Virus record (IMG/VR): IMGVR_UViG_3300019370_000055
Coordinates: 32,001 to 96,000 of that record
Reading direction: 5' to 3' (one strand)
DNA length: 64,000 bases
DNA from: a virus
Lineage: Duplodnaviria > Caudoviricetes
Each line of letters starts with the position of its first letter. Within the stretch, counting starts at the first letter, position 1. The notes under the pieces were generated by a model. That model saw nothing but the letters and a program-made list of their open reading frames with translations, made no database searches and had not been told where the DNA came from. Shown one piece after another: positions 33,401 to 46,089 of the stretch. Made by a program: the position numbers and the translations under genes.

Positions 33401-35009
33401 TCATAATACGTATAGGCATGAGCAGGAATTTTTGAAGTGGTTGTATTCTTTGTTGGGGAAAACTATTAAACAGTTAATCCCGGAGTATGATATGCAAGTG
33501 GAAAAACTGGCGCAGAGTCGTCCGATTCTTGCGGTGAAATTGTATCGGGATCGTTATGGATGTACTTTGAGGGAGGCCAGAGAATATGTGGAAAACTTGA
33601 AAGATAAGTCTTGACAATAACGATATAATCAATTATAATCAAAGGTAGAAAATTAATTAGGCGAGGTATTGAAAAGCTATGGATAATATAAAAGAAGTCA
33701 GATACTTTGAATGTACGTGCAGCGGATGTGATAAGGTTGTCAAAAATAAGCGTGGTTGGACTGATCTGCGAATGAATGGATGGAAACAGATAGGAGAAAG
33801 GCTATTATGTCCAGACTGTTATAGTCCATTTGCTAATCTTAATCCACAAATAGGCGACAAAGTTCAGTGTTTGCTTAAATCTGATTCATGGAATAGAATG
33901 GAATTTGGAAAAATTTATAAAGTATGTGAACTGGTAAAGAATGATCCCGGAACAATTTATGTTGATGTTGGTGATGGATGGCAGCGTAAATTGGTTCGTG
34001 GCGAATACCAGATGGCATAAGGGAGTTACATATGGATAATTTAACGCTTGGACTTATCTATGCTGTTAAACATAGTGGAAAATCTGCAAAAGAATCCATC
34101 ATTAATTTTCTTTCTGAATATACTGGAACACCAAAGGAACATTATTCTGATAGTGAACTGGTACGGATAACTCGTGATGCTTTTGTGGATTATTTAAAAA
34201 CTGCGGATAAACCAGCTTTTGATGTGTGGCAATACTTTGATGCAAAGCGACAGCAGGAAAACTTCAAAGACGTTTTTCCAGAGCAACAAAAGAAATATGC
34301 GGAACGTGATGGAAAGATGGACATTGATACTGAAGCTATTGTTTCTGCATTGCGGTTAAGTCATGTTCAGGAAAATGGTAAATATATAAATGGATTTAGG
34401 GAGTGGAATAATGATTAAACAGTGGGAAATAACAGCAGAAATTAATATGGATGCTTCAAGATATAAGACTGTAATTGTAAAAGCAAATACTGAAAGAAAG
34501 GCCAGACAATTTGCAATCGAAAAGCTAAAAAAAGATGGTGCATTTTTTGTTACAAATATTTCAATTAAGCAGATTGCTTAGAAAGGAAATTTTATGAAAA
34601 AGGTTACTGGATATATAAGCGTTCGTGCTTTGGGATGTTACGATTTTGAGTTTTACGTAGACGATAATGCAACGGAAGATGAAATCAAGCAGAAGGTTGA
34701 TGATGTTGCGGAAATGTCTATGGACTATCATGTTGAAGAAGGATATATTGCAGAGCAACAAACTGTCTATCGGAAAAAGCAGCCTTGGGAGGATAGAAAA
34801 TGAAACAACCAATTACAAATTATCTTACGCTTATCGAAAGAAGAAATAATCCAATCGAAAAATTCTATTCAAGATATGTGTTAAGATATTTCATTGATAC
34901 AGATGTATTTACCGCCGTAATAAAAAACTTGGTGGATATACTTATAATCTTTCTGTTGGTAAAATTGGCAATGTTACTATTTTTAGTGGATACACATGGT
35001 TGTCTGTGA
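30442..35009 (+). other. run of about 18 small co-oriented genes of unknown function
   Basis: Packed ORFs such as 30622, 30806, 31024, 32111, 32557 (YopX-like), 33679, 34032, 34594. Confidence 0.7.
33611..33639 (+). promoter_or_regulatory. consensus sigma-A promoter with the 16-bp motif in its spacer
   Basis: TTGACA-ATAACGATATAATCAAT-TATAAT. Confidence 0.85.
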
Positions 35010-35161
35010 GTGAAGTTGACTCTTACGAAGATGGCGATATGTGGGCTAAGAAGTTTGAAGAAGCATTTTTTGAATACATGAATGAAAACAATCAAGAATT
35101 AAAAGAAAATAAAATGCTGTCGAGTTTTGGTATAGAATAACATAATGAAAGGAAACTTAAC

Positions 35162-36185
35162 ATGAATATTCAGGAAGTCTTGAGCCGCCCGGAATATCAA
35201 TTCATTCAGACCAACCCTCATCTTGGGGGGGTCGATGCTGTTTGCAACATTTGGTGGTAGTCATGCGTATGGTACAAATAAACCTACGTCTGATATTGAT
35301 ATACGTGGATGCGCTCTAAATTCTAAAAGCGATTTGCTTGGAAGAACAAACTTTGAGCAAGTTCTTGACAAAGATACAGATACTACAATCTACGCATTTA
35401 ATAAGCTGATTGGTCTATTGGAAAATTGCAACCCTAATACAATCGAAATGCTCTTTTGCAGACCTGATAGCTATGTGTTCTATCATCCTATTGGAAAAAT
35501 GATGATTGAGCAGCGTGATATGTTCCTTTCGCAGAGAGCAGTTCAGTCTTTTGGTGGCTATGCTAATCAGCAGCTTCGGCGGCTTGAATGTGCGGTTGCT
35601 CGTGATCGTCTGCCACAGGCCAAGAAAGAGGAACATACTCTTAACTCTATGAAAAGTTCTCTCAAACATTTTGAAAGCAAGTACACAAAATTTGATAAGG
35701 GTAGTATCGTTCTTTATACTGCGGAAAGCCCTCGTGAGGAATGTGATACAGAAATCTTTGCTAATATTACGCTCTCTCATTATCCAGCACGTGAGTTTAA
35801 CAGCATCATGAATGAATTGAGTAATGTGCTTGGCACATATGAAAAGCTGAATCATAGGAATCATAAGAAAGATGAAGAACATTTGAATAAACACGCTATG
35901 CACCTGATCCGTTTATATCTGACTTGTATTGATTTGTTGGAGAATGGAGTGTTTTCTACTTATCGTGAGAAAGATATTCCTCTGCTTATGTCAATTCGTA
36001 ATGGTGCATATCAGAATGAGGATGGTACATATAAGCAGGAGTTTTTTGATATGGTAACTGACTATGAAAATCGTATGAAACACGCCAAGGAGCATACTGT
36101 TTTGCCGCCAAAGCCTAACTATAAGCAGATTGAGAAATTTGTGATGTATGTAAATGAAGAAGCGATAAAAATTACTGGAGGATAA
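35162..36185 (+). CDS. Pol-beta-like nucleotidyltransferase (YcgL/RlaP-like), N-terminus frameshifted at G7 35225-35231
   Basis: GGSHAYGTNKPTSDIDIRG, NPNTIEML, KHAMHLIRL. Confidence 0.8.
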
Positions 36186-36356
36186 TATATGCGGTGGCTT
36201 GGGAATTTTGTTGGTGAGGAACAGGTTGTAAGAAAATTTGCATTCTTACCAATTAAAGCTAATGGGGAATGGTGATGGTTGGAATTTGTATATGTCCATC
36301 AAACTTGGCATGGAAGTTCATGGTACAATGATTGGTTTGAAGATTAGGAGAATATT

Positions 36357-36626
36357 ATGATTGCAAATGTAGTAATTGAAAAACCTCTTGTATCGCCAGA
36401 GTCATTATTGGCATTAGATCAAGAGGATTGGGAACATATAGAAAAAGAACAAACTTTATTTACAGAAACCAGATGCTTACCAGCAATTATGAAAGAGGCC
36501 GGAATTGTATCGTCTACAAATGAAGTTCGTAGAAATAATCAAAAGTACAATATAACACTGGAAAAACCAGATTGTATGATGATTAAATGGGGAAAGAAAT
36601 TTCTGTTCGTTGTTGTAGGAGAATAG
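36357..36626 (+). CDS. S4-like RNA-binding domain protein
   Basis: IMKEAGIVSSTNEVRR...IKWGKK resembles the TyrRS S4 domain. Confidence 0.5.
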   Translation: MIANVVIEKPLVSPESLLALDQEDWEHIEKEQTLFTETRCLPAIMKEAGIVSSTNEVRRNNQKYNITLEKPDCMMIKWGKKFLFVVVGE

Positions 36627-36627
36627 A

Positions 36628-37265
36628 ATGAAAAATAAAATTCGTGTAAAATATTTTAATCAAAAAGGATTTCGATTTAATTGCAGTAGTTTTAAAGACA
36701 CTTTTCGTTATCCAATTTATAGGAATGTTACTATTTCAAAATCGGTAAATGGCGTATGTTGGTGGTTTGATTCAGAAAACAAATGGTTTAATTGGGATGA
36801 TGCTATTAGATTAGGGCTGTTGGATAAAAATAGTCGTGGTTGTTCAACCCACAGCAGAGAAATTCGTAGCGTAAAAGCGGCTATTCGTCATGCCAAAAAG
36901 CATTGTGAACTTCCCATTGGAACTGTGCTTACACTTTGTTCAAATTTTGTTGGCATAGGAGTTGAGATAAGTATTATTGGAAAAATAGATTGATAAATAT
37001 GGAGGCAAACATGGAAACTAAATTTGATTTGACTTTTATAGAGGCTATGAACGCTGTATTAGCTGGTAAGTATATTCAAGGTGAGAATTTTATGTGGAAT
37101 GTTTATCTTGCCGCAAAGGATGGAATTGTGATGATTAATTCTTTTCATGGTGATGATATGATAAAATATCACGTAGATGGGAAACTTTTCATTACGAATG
37201 GCGTACTTTCACAGAAATATAGGGAAGTTTCAGTATTGAATGAAAGTGGACTGTTTCATATGTAA
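36628..37265 (+). other. two hypothetical genes (36628-36993, 37011-37265)
   Basis: Co-oriented ORFs. Confidence 0.55.
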
Positions 37266-37459
37266 TTAAGGAGAATTGAAATGATTCAAATTGATATGGA
37301 AATGCCTACTGATTGCAATGTATGTCCTTGCTGTCAGTCAAATGTGCATTTCACTCATTTTAGCTGTGGCATAACAGAAGATGATGTTGTAGATGATGAA
37401 ACAGGAGAGATTTTTAAAGATCGTCCGTCTTGGTGTCCGTTAAAAGAGGTATAGATACT

Positions 37460-38803
37460 ATGGGAAAAATAATTAACATTCCAGAGGCTCCAAAGCAGCT
37501 TATGAAAGTTTTGCTGGATGCAGGATATGAAGCCTATGTGGTAGGCGGCTGTGTTCGTGATTTTCTGCTGAGTCATGAACCACATGATTGGGATATTTGC
37601 ACGAATGCACTTCCTAATCAGATGAAAGAGTGTTTTGCCAGCTATCATGTAATTGAAACTGGCTTCCAGCATGGAACGCTTACTGTCATGGTGGATCATG
37701 TTGGATATGAAATTACCACATACCGAACAGATGGAGAATATACAGATCATCGGCATCCTGATTCTGTACAGTTTGTTGGTAGGCTCCAAGAAGATTTGAT
37801 GCGCCGTGATTTTACAATCAATGCAATGGCTGCTGACATTAGTGGAAAAATCCGAGACTTTTATGATGGACAGTTTGATTTGGAGCATAAGTGGATTCGT
37901 TGTGTGGGTGATCCTAATAAGCGTTTTATGGAAGATCCATTGCGTATTCTTCGTGCTATGAGGTTTCAATCCAAATTGGGATTTGTAATCGAGCAAAGCA
38001 CAGAAGATGCCATGCGTAGGTATCGGCATTTGCTTCAGTACATTTCAGCAGAGCGAATTAATTCTGAACTAACTGGAATTTTGATGGGCGATTGTTATTC
38101 TACACTGACCTGTTTTCCTGATGTGTTGTCGGTTTGCATTCCTGAAATAAAGCCTTGTATTGGATTTCAGCAGAACAATCCACATCATAATAGAGATGTT
38201 TGGGAACATACGCTGTTTGCTATTTCTGCGGCTCCTAAAGACCTTTATACTCGGTTGGCGTTGCTGTATCATGATATTGGAAAACCTTTGTGTTATTCGT
38301 TTGAGAGCGGTGTAGGACATTTTTATGGACACGCTGCTATTAGTAAAGACATAGCGGAAAAATCCTTGCGAGGATTACGGTATGATAATCAAACGGTTAA
38401 GTTGGTCACACAGCTTGTCGAAGCCCACGATAGAACGATTGAACCACGAAAGCCAGTAATTCGCCGCTGCCTGAATAAAATGGGTCTGGAGCAGTTTCTT
38501 CGGTTACTGGATGTAAAAGAGGCTGACTATGCGGCACAAGCACAGTTATATGGAGATCGGTTGCATAAGATTGAGATTCTTCAAATGACAAATGAAATAC
38601 TATTAGCACAAAAATATCAAGAGGATTGTTTCTCTCTCAAAGATTTGGCTATCAATGGAAATGACCTGATCCAGCTTGGATATAAACCCGGAAAAAAGAT
38701 TGGAGCAGTATTAAACCAGTTGCTTGAAATGGTGATTGATGGTATAATGGAAAATAATAAGTGTCAGCTTAGATCATATGCAATAAGTCAAATGGAGGAA
38801 TAA
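37460..38803 (+). CDS. cca: tRNA nucleotidyltransferase (CCA-adding) with HD domain
   Basis: VGGCVRD, DWDI, RRDFTINAMA, EDPLRILRA, ERI, LYHDIGKP. Confidence 0.93.
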   Translation: MGKIINIPEAPKQLMKVLLDAGYEAYVVGGCVRDFLLSHEPHDWDICTNALPNQMKECFASYHVIETGFQHGTLTVMVDHVGYEITTYRTDGEYTDHRHPDSVQFVGRLQEDLMRRDFTINAMAADISGKIRDFYDGQFDLEHKWIRCVGDPNKRFMEDPLRILRAMRFQSKLGFVIEQSTEDAMRRYRHLLQYISAERINSELTGILMGDCYSTLTCFPDVLSVCIPEIKPCIGFQQNNPHHNRDVWEHTLFAISAAPKDLYTRLALLYHDIGKPLCYSFESGVGHFYGHAAISKDIAEKSLRGLRYDNQTVKLVTQLVEAHDRTIEPRKPVIRRCLNKMGLEQFLRLLDVKEADYAAQAQLYGDRLHKIEILQMTNEILLAQKYQEDCFSLKDLAINGNDLIQLGYKPGKKIGAVLNQLLEMVIDGIMENNKCQLRSYAISQMEE

Positions 38804-38807
38804 ATTT

Positions 38808-40613
38808 ATGTTGTTTTTAAAAGGCGATAGAGGAAAAAGTGTTGTATGCGATGCAATTATTCGAGGAAATAGAAATGTGATTTGCTGTCAGTATGTACAA
38901 GAAGTTGTTCCTACATTAAATTCATATATTGTTTCTTTAGATAACTCACAGGAACTTTTGGGTGAGAAACTTTTTCATGAAGTTGAAATAAGTAATCCCG
39001 TTATGCTTGTGATATATACAAACGAAAAGCAAGAGAATTTAATTGTACTTCAAAAATGGATTAATAAAATTGAAAGTTCTTTCGGTTGTATAGTTGTTCT
39101 AACGTGTAAATAAGGTGATAATATGATTAAGTGGAGATATAAATTAGAGTACCACGGCAAGGCCCTCCGTGAAACTATTAATACTGGTGGCGATGATTTA
39201 GAGTCATGTAAGAAAACGCTTTTAGCTTTAAAGGATTGTTATGACCAGATTAAATCATTAGTGAAAGATGATTGGTGGGAATTTGAAAGTGATTACAATA
39301 CTTTGAATTTCTATATTGAAGCATTAAACAATCCAGATGAAGGCAAACGTGAAGATGCTTTGCTGGACGGTGGCTATGATGGGTATAATCCAGCACTGGA
39401 TTGTGTAAATGACAGCCTTAAAACTTTTTATGATCTTTGCGACTATCATAGGATTTGGGTAGGAGTGTAAAATGACAAATAAAGAGAAATTTATTCTTTT
39501 GCGAAAAGGTATTGAAACAGCAAAAGAATTACAGGACAAAGCAACCGAAGCAGAAGATTTAATTTTCAAAGCATTAGACGATCTTGGCGTTGATTCTGCA
39601 AAGCATAATACCGCAGCAGAAAATGCCAGTAATCTATTAGAAGCTATATCTTGTTATATACATTATGGAGAATATTCTATTGATGGCTTAATGAAAGAAA
39701 TTCAGAAGGCATATGAGGAATAGTAATTATGGAATTGTATTGTAAAACTTGTGATAGACATACGAATCATAAATATATGGGTAATTTTAAAGACGGCAAT
39801 CGTTTGTTGGGCAGATATATTTGCAAAGAATGTGGAACAGAACAAGAAGATGAGCCAATGAAAAAGGAGAACAATCATGAAAATGAAATATTTTAATGGC
39901 AAAGAACTTGACGATGCGAAAATCATTGAAACTTTATCTAAAGTGGTAAGTATGTATGACAATGGCGAAATAGCAGAAGTTAGGGATGAACTTTCTGAAA
40001 TTGTAAATGCGATTGATGAATTTGAAAGACAATACAATATGAAGGAGTAATTCTTATGAAAGAAATTGAACAGATTAATACGTGGCTTGGTCAACGTATG
40101 AAGAATATGAGCGAAGCTGAACTTGCAGAATTGTTTAAAGAAATTTCTGGTTTTCGTAGAACTGGAGTTTTAAAAGGTGAACAGTTAAGAAATTTGGCAA
40201 AAGAATTTTCAGATAATGTTGCTCATACTGACTATGGACAAAATATGCGGTTAGTTGAAGATGAAGTTCTTTTTGAAATGAGCCGTAGATATTATAATTC
40301 TTTGTTTTTCTGAGGTATCAGTATGAGAAAATTTGATCACAATTCAACATGGGAAGATGTTCAAAATATGACTATCGAAGAAGCTATTGCTGTACTTTCG
40401 CATGATGCTGATTCAGATGGAAAGGAATGGTCAGCCAGACCGCATAAAGCAAAGGCTGCTCAAATGGCTATTGAAGCATTGAAAAAGACTGATTATGAAA
40501 AATCATGTCTCGGTTGTATTCGTTCAAATGGCAAATTTCCAGCGGGGTTAGATTGTCATGACTGTTCCAGATGTTATTCTGATTTGTATAAGGAGAAAGA
40601 AAATGAGGTTTAG
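38808..40613 (+). other. six to seven small hypothetical genes
   Basis: ORFs at 38808, 39123, 39472, 39877, 40056, 40323. Confidence 0.65.
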
Positions 40614-41124
40614 AGATATTCCACAATTTATCAGTGATGGATCATATCAAGTCAACGTGTCGTGGGAGTATATGATGGATTGGCTTGACAGGCTGGTGAA
40701 CGAAGAAGGATTGCAACTTAATCCAGATTTCCAGCGAGGTCATGTTTGGACTGAACAACAACAGATTAAATTTTTGGAGTTCATTCTTCAGGGTGGTAAA
40801 ACTGGTCGTGTTCTTTACTTCAACGATCCATACTGGCATAGCTGTGGCCCTAAGACTGGATACAGCGACTTTGTATGTGTTGATGGCCTCCAGCGGATCA
40901 CAGCTATTCAGCGTTTTATGAACAATGAAATTCCTGTGTTTGATATGTTTCATTCTGATTTTGAAGGCGATACAGATTTGATTCGTCATAGTATGGTGTT
41001 CAATATCAATGATCTCAAAACAAAGAAGGAAGTATTACAGTGGTACATTCAGATGAATGCTGGTGGTACGCCGCATTCCGCAGAGGAAATTGATCGTGTG
41101 AAAAAGTTGATGGAGGAATGTTAA
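40603..41124 (+). CDS. stand-alone DUF262 domain protein
   Basis: LNPDFQRGHVW, VDGLQRITAI, MNAGGTPH. Confidence 0.85.
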   Translation: MRFRDIPQFISDGSYQVNVSWEYMMDWLDRLVNEEGLQLNPDFQRGHVWTEQQQIKFLEFILQGGKTGRVLYFNDPYWHSCGPKTGYSDFVCVDGLQRITAIQRFMNNEIPVFDMFHSDFEGDTDLIRHSMVFNINDLKTKKEVLQWYIQMNAGGTPHSAEEIDRVKKLMEEC

Positions 41125-41763
41125 AATGAAAATAAAGATTGATACATATTTTGATATATCGTGTTGTCAATGTGCAAAAAGTAGAAGTACAGATTATGAG
41201 CAGGGAATGGAGGTTAGTAAAAGTAAATTATCAAAATTAGCATATTTAGAAGGATGGAAATGTATAAACGGTAAAACGCTTTGTCCTGTTTGTGTAAAAA
41301 AGGAGAAATAAAAATGTGTGAATTTTGTGAGCGATTTGATTTTGGTTCTGCTTCTTATGAAATAGATCGGTATGGAACAAGAATTGTTATGGCTGGTGGT
41401 AGCTATCGGTTTCCACCTGAAAGGCAGTTTGAATTTTGTCCTCGCTGCGGAGCATCCCGTGATGAAATATTAGCCAAGCGTCTTACCGAAAATAATTGAG
41501 GTGGCAAGATGAGCGATAAATCTTGGACTAAGATAGATTTAAGGAAAGGTGAAAAGACACTTCCTCCAGCACATAAAAAAGTATTGCTTTACATTAATGG
41601 TGAATATCAGACTGGCATAATTGGTGGGCTAACGCCATTGTCAACAATCCGTAGATATGCTATTTATGGTAATGTAGTACGGAGTTTAAAATCGTGCAGG
41701 GTATGGTGGCAAGATTTACCGCAGCCGCCTATTTAGTAAGCTAAATAACGATATATTCAACAG

Positions 41764-42570
41764 GTGATTGTAATGATTAGAATAAGTGAAAACGAACTAA
41801 ACCTAAGAACAATTATGGATAGTGGTCAGTGTTTTCGTATTTTTATTGTTGAAGAAAGTTACTTTGTTGCTGTTTATGATGTGATTGCAATGAATAAATA
41901 TGTTCGTGTTTATCATGTCAAATCAGAGGGAGCATATTTCTTTAATTGTGATAAGAGCGAATGGGATTTTTGGAATATGTATTTTGACCTTGATACAAAC
42001 TATGAAAAATTCTATATCGCTATAGCAAATTCCGATGATAACTTTCTAAAAGATGCAGCAGAGTATGGAAAGGGTATGCGAATATTAAGGCAATCATTTT
42101 GGGAGGCACTAATTTCTTTTATTATTTCGCAAAATAATAACATACCACGAATTAAAAAGTCTATTGAATTGCTCTGTGAAAAATTTGGTAAGCCTATTGA
42201 AAGATATGGGATGGTTCGATATTCATTTCCTAATGCAAAAGATTTAGAGAATGTAACTATGGATGATTTGTCTGATTTAGGATTAGGTTATCGTGCAACT
42301 TATATCTATGGTGTATGTAAACGTAATCCAGCTTTGGTTATGCCTAATTACGATATGTTGTTGGCTATTCCGGGTATTGGCAAAAAGGTAGCCTCCTGCA
42401 TCATGCTATTTGGTGCATATGATCTTACACAGTTTCCGATTGATACATGGATGAAGAAACTACTGGATGAAGTTTATAATGGGCGTTTTGATACAACCCC
42501 ATATAAGGGGTTTGAGGGATTTATTCAGCAACTTCAATTCTATTATTACCGCCATTTGAAAGGAAAATAA
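41764..42570 (+). CDS. 8-oxoguanine DNA glycosylase (Ogg1-like, HhH-GPD)
   Basis: SGQCFR, LISFIISQNNNIPRI, LGLGYRA, IPGIGKKVASC, FPIDTW. Confidence 0.9.
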   Translation: MIVMIRISENELNLRTIMDSGQCFRIFIVEESYFVAVYDVIAMNKYVRVYHVKSEGAYFFNCDKSEWDFWNMYFDLDTNYEKFYIAIANSDDNFLKDAAEYGKGMRILRQSFWEALISFIISQNNNIPRIKKSIELLCEKFGKPIERYGMVRYSFPNAKDLENVTMDDLSDLGLGYRATYIYGVCKRNPALVMPNYDMLLAIPGIGKKVASCIMLFGAYDLTQFPIDTWMKKLLDEVYNGRFDTTPYKGFEGFIQQLQFYYYRHLKGK

Positions 42571-42571
42571 A

Positions 42572-42964
42572 ATGCGAAAACCTACAGTAAAGAACAAATA
42601 TAATCTTACTATGGCAAAAATCCGTAAATTAAAAATTGTTGATAGAAGCAAGGTCGGCAAACCTTTGTTTTGGCGTAATGATGTAATTGGCGCATGGTGT
42701 ATTGTTGGTTCTGCTGGTAATAAGATGGATGTTGTGTTTGGTACAGATAACGAATTTTGGATTGGCATATATGATGATAATGCTAAAACATATGCAGGAA
42801 AGTTTCGTGTCCATCTTACTTCTTATGGCGGAATGTGTAGCTATAAATTCAATCAATTCTTTAGAGAAAAAGACATTCAATGTGATAATGACTTACGTAT
42901 TCAAGAAAAGTTTCTCGGCAAAATAAATGAATTAATTGATTTGGGAATTTTAAGCCAGAGGTGA
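42572..42964 (+). CDS. hypothetical protein
   Basis: Co-oriented ORF. Confidence 0.6.
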   Translation: MRKPTVKNKYNLTMAKIRKLKIVDRSKVGKPLFWRNDVIGAWCIVGSAGNKMDVVFGTDNEFWIGIYDDNAKTYAGKFRVHLTSYGGMCSYKFNQFFREKDIQCDNDLRIQEKFLGKINELIDLGILSQR

Positions 42965-42968
42965 TATT

Positions 42969-43445
42969 ATGCTATTATATATATTCTTAGTAGTTTTAGT
43001 CTTTGCTTTGATTTGTGTTGCTCTCTATTTTTATGTTGATTGGAAGGTTGATAAAGAAATTGAGCAAGAACACAAAGAGCGTATTGTTGCTGAAAGTAGA
43101 CTTACAGAATCATTGAAAACATTATGTACTCAACTTGGTATTGGTTTATCATATCATGAAAAACTTGGAACTGCGGCTGGACGTATCTTATATCATTCAA
43201 TGAATGGGCGACTTTTTGTTGATGATGCAAAGATTGAAATTTTAGAAAAGTATAAAGATGAGCCTTATGTTCTTGCTCATGAACTCGGTCATTATATGGC
43301 AATCAAGCAACGCCAAGATAATTCTGAGCGTGGAGCAGATGATGAAGCTGATAAATTATGTCGGTTAATACTAAATAAAAAAGAACAGGAGTTACTTTCG
43401 ATTGGTTTAAAGTGTCATTTTCATAATAAGGAGGTAGATGAATGA
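42969..43445 (+). CDS. membrane-anchored HExxH metallopeptidase-like protein
   Basis: N-terminal TM helix; LAHELGH...ERGAD. Confidence 0.65.
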   Translation: MLLYIFLVVLVFALICVALYFYVDWKVDKEIEQEHKERIVAESRLTESLKTLCTQLGIGLSYHEKLGTAAGRILYHSMNGRLFVDDAKIEILEKYKDEPYVLAHELGHYMAIKQRQDNSERGADDEADKLCRLILNKKEQELLSIGLKCHFHNKEVDE

Positions 43446-43891
43446 CTGTAGTAGTCATGTCTCGTGATGCTGCAATGAGATACTGTAGTGAGTATCATAA
43501 TAAGCCAGCAATTATGATTTCAATTTCTGATCCCTATATTACATATCCTACGGAACCATATTGTTCTAATAAAAATGGCCTTGTAGCAATTCAGCCTTTG
43601 TTTTTCACAGATGCAGATAAACCCGGAAAAGATGTTTATGATCGTGAAGTGACTGAGAATGATCTTATTACCGAGGCCGATGCCCAGCTTGTCAGACAGC
43701 TATTAGACAAGTATCCAGATACAGATGTGATTGTTCATTGTGACGCTGGTATTTCTCGTTCTTCTGGTGTAGCTGCGGCAATCTTGAAAGCCAAAACAGG
43801 TGATGACTCGCAAATTTTTAATAATCCAAAGTATCGTCCTAATATGCGGTGCTATCGGATAGTATTAGATGAATTTATGCAGGAGGATTGA
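43442..43891 (+). CDS. Cys-based (PTP/DSP-fold) phosphatase
   Basis: VHCDAGISRSSGVA (CX5R loop). Confidence 0.85.
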   Translation: MTVVVMSRDAAMRYCSEYHNKPAIMISISDPYITYPTEPYCSNKNGLVAIQPLFFTDADKPGKDVYDREVTENDLITEADAQLVRQLLDKYPDTDVIVHCDAGISRSSGVAAAILKAKTGDDSQIFNNPKYRPNMRCYRIVLDEFMQED

Positions 43892-44061
43892 TATGTATTG
43901 TAGTGGTGATTGTAAATATTTAAACAGTAAGAATCATGTTTGCAAACTTACTGGTGAAAAACTTACTCACATGAGATTTGGTAGCAGAGGATTTCGATAC
44001 CAAGTACATGAGCATAATGGAATTTGTGAACAAGATAAAATTGAAATGGAGGTAACGAAAA

Positions 44062-44931
44062 ATGGGAAATAATCGTGATAGTCTTGGGGATCGCATGAAG
44101 CGGTATGAGAATGTTCCAAAGGTAAGTCTGGTGCGGCGTATGCCTGTAATTATTCGGCTTGATGGGAAAGCATTTCACACGTTTACCAGAGGTTTTGTAA
44201 AGCCGTTTGATGCCCTGTTGATGCAGACTATGAATGATACCATGAAATATCTTTGTGAGAATATTCAGGGCTGTGTGATGGCTTATACGCAATCCGATGA
44301 AATTTCTCTTGCGCTGGTAGATTATCAGACACTTACAAGTGATGCTTGGTTTGATAATAATGTTGAGAAAATGTGCAGTATTGCTGCGTCTATGGCTACG
44401 TTGGCCTTTAATACCGCATGGCGTAGGAATGTTGATATTTGGGCGGCAAGCAAAATTCCCGATTGGTATAATAGTGGTACAAATAATTTGCGCTGCATAG
44501 ATCAGCCAGCCGTAAAGCAAGCACAGATTTATTCTTCTCGTTTTGATCGTGCGCTTTTCGATGCTCGTGCTTTTAATGTTCCAAAAGAGGAAGTTATGAA
44601 CTGCCTTTGCTGGCGGCAGCAGGACGCTACACGAAATAGTATTCAAGCAGCGGGACAGGCACAGTTTTCACACAAGCAGCTTATGGGGAAGTCTTGTAAC
44701 GAGATTCAAGATATGTTGTTTACAGAGAGGGGCATCAACTGGAACGACTATCCTACATCATGTAAGCGTGGTACGTGTTGTGTTAAGAAGCCTATGACTT
44801 TTGAGGCCAGAGATAAGAATGGTAATGTTACTGGTATCTGTTCTCGTAATAAATGGGTTATTGATACGGAGATTCCTATTTTTAATCGAGAGCCTAACTA
44901 TATTAATTCTCGCATTTTTGTTGGTGGTTAA
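44062..44931 (+). CDS. Thg1-like tRNA(His) guanylyltransferase / 3'-5' polymerase
   Basis: RMKRYE, RLDGKAFHTFT, QSDEIS, FDAR, WRQQDATRNSI. Confidence 0.92.
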   Translation: MGNNRDSLGDRMKRYENVPKVSLVRRMPVIIRLDGKAFHTFTRGFVKPFDALLMQTMNDTMKYLCENIQGCVMAYTQSDEISLALVDYQTLTSDAWFDNNVEKMCSIAASMATLAFNTAWRRNVDIWAASKIPDWYNSGTNNLRCIDQPAVKQAQIYSSRFDRALFDARAFNVPKEEVMNCLCWRQQDATRNSIQAAGQAQFSHKQLMGKSCNEIQDMLFTERGINWNDYPTSCKRGTCCVKKPMTFEARDKNGNVTGICSRNKWVIDTEIPIFNREPNYINSRIFVGG

Positions 44932-44949
44932 ATGTAGGAGGGTGATTTA

Positions 44950-45945
44950 ATGAACAATGTTTTTATTAAAGGGCAAGCCCCTGATTTGAATTTGGATCGT
45001 AAGCTAAATTTGCATAATGGTTCATTGATTATCGTAAAGTATGGAGGTGTTGCAACTGGTATTTATATGGTTACATCATTCCGGGACAATAAAAATAAAT
45101 ATGATGGTTGCAATACTACATCTTATTGTTCACTTGTAAATTTAGATAATGGTTCCTTGGTTTTTGAAGAGCGGTGTAGTCGTAACACTACTGTACGTAG
45201 AGTTCTTAATCATATTTTACGTCTTGGTTTTTCAATGCCTTATAATCCAAATTCAAAAGAAAATGATGGTTAGATGAAGAATTATGACATTGACTATTAT
45301 GGGAATGGTACGTATAAACTTGAAGTTGATTTGAGGTGATAGTATGAAATTTATTTTGGCGTTCTTTGTTTTGGCATATGTGTTTACATTCTTTTATCCT
45401 AAATTTACAGTTTCATTTAATGGTGTTCGTAACAATAGTTTTTCTGCGAGAATTATAGGAGCATTGGCGGTTGCTATATTGCTAACATTGTTTATTGGTT
45501 TGCCGCTCTTAGGTGTTATTTCATTGTTTGCGTAATGGGAGGATTTATGGGGATTGGATTTGTACTTGATGAAGAAGGTAATATTATTACATTTGATGAT
45601 CCAGAAAAGAATATTCAACAAAGTTTAAATTCAATTAAACAGGCTGCGAATTATCTTATGCGGGATAATAAGGCTTTACGTGCTACATTAAATAAGTACA
45701 ATAAAGATGTTGAGATTAAGGCCAAGGATGATGAGATTCGATCCATTCAGCAGCGGTCTATTAGTGTCCTATCACCAGTAGAGTATGAACGAGATAAGGA
45801 ATTTCGGGAGCGACATTATCAGATTTGTAAAAATGGTAGCCATTTTATCTATGATCTTCAGGGAACCGGGATTGGTACTGTAGTAAAAATTAGGTGTCCA
45901 GTATGCGGTGTTGAAGAAGATATTACGGATACAAGCTGCTGGTAA
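44950..45945 (+). other. three hypothetical genes, one a small membrane protein
   Basis: ORFs 44950, 45344 (two TM helices), 45535. Confidence 0.6.
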
Positions 45946-45947
45946 AA

Positions 45948-46034
45948 TTTTTAAAGAAATTTCAAAAAACCTCTTGACAATAACGGTATAATCAATTATA
46001 ATAAATAATGTCAGGAGGAACAGTAAGCCAACTG
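45948..46034 (+). repeat. 87-bp promoter cassette, copy of 7232-7318
   Basis: TTGACA 45974, TATAAT 45997. Confidence 0.9.
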
Positions 46035-46089
46035 ACGATGATTTAAGGTAAATAACGGCGCAATCAATAATTAGAAAGGAAATCAAAAA

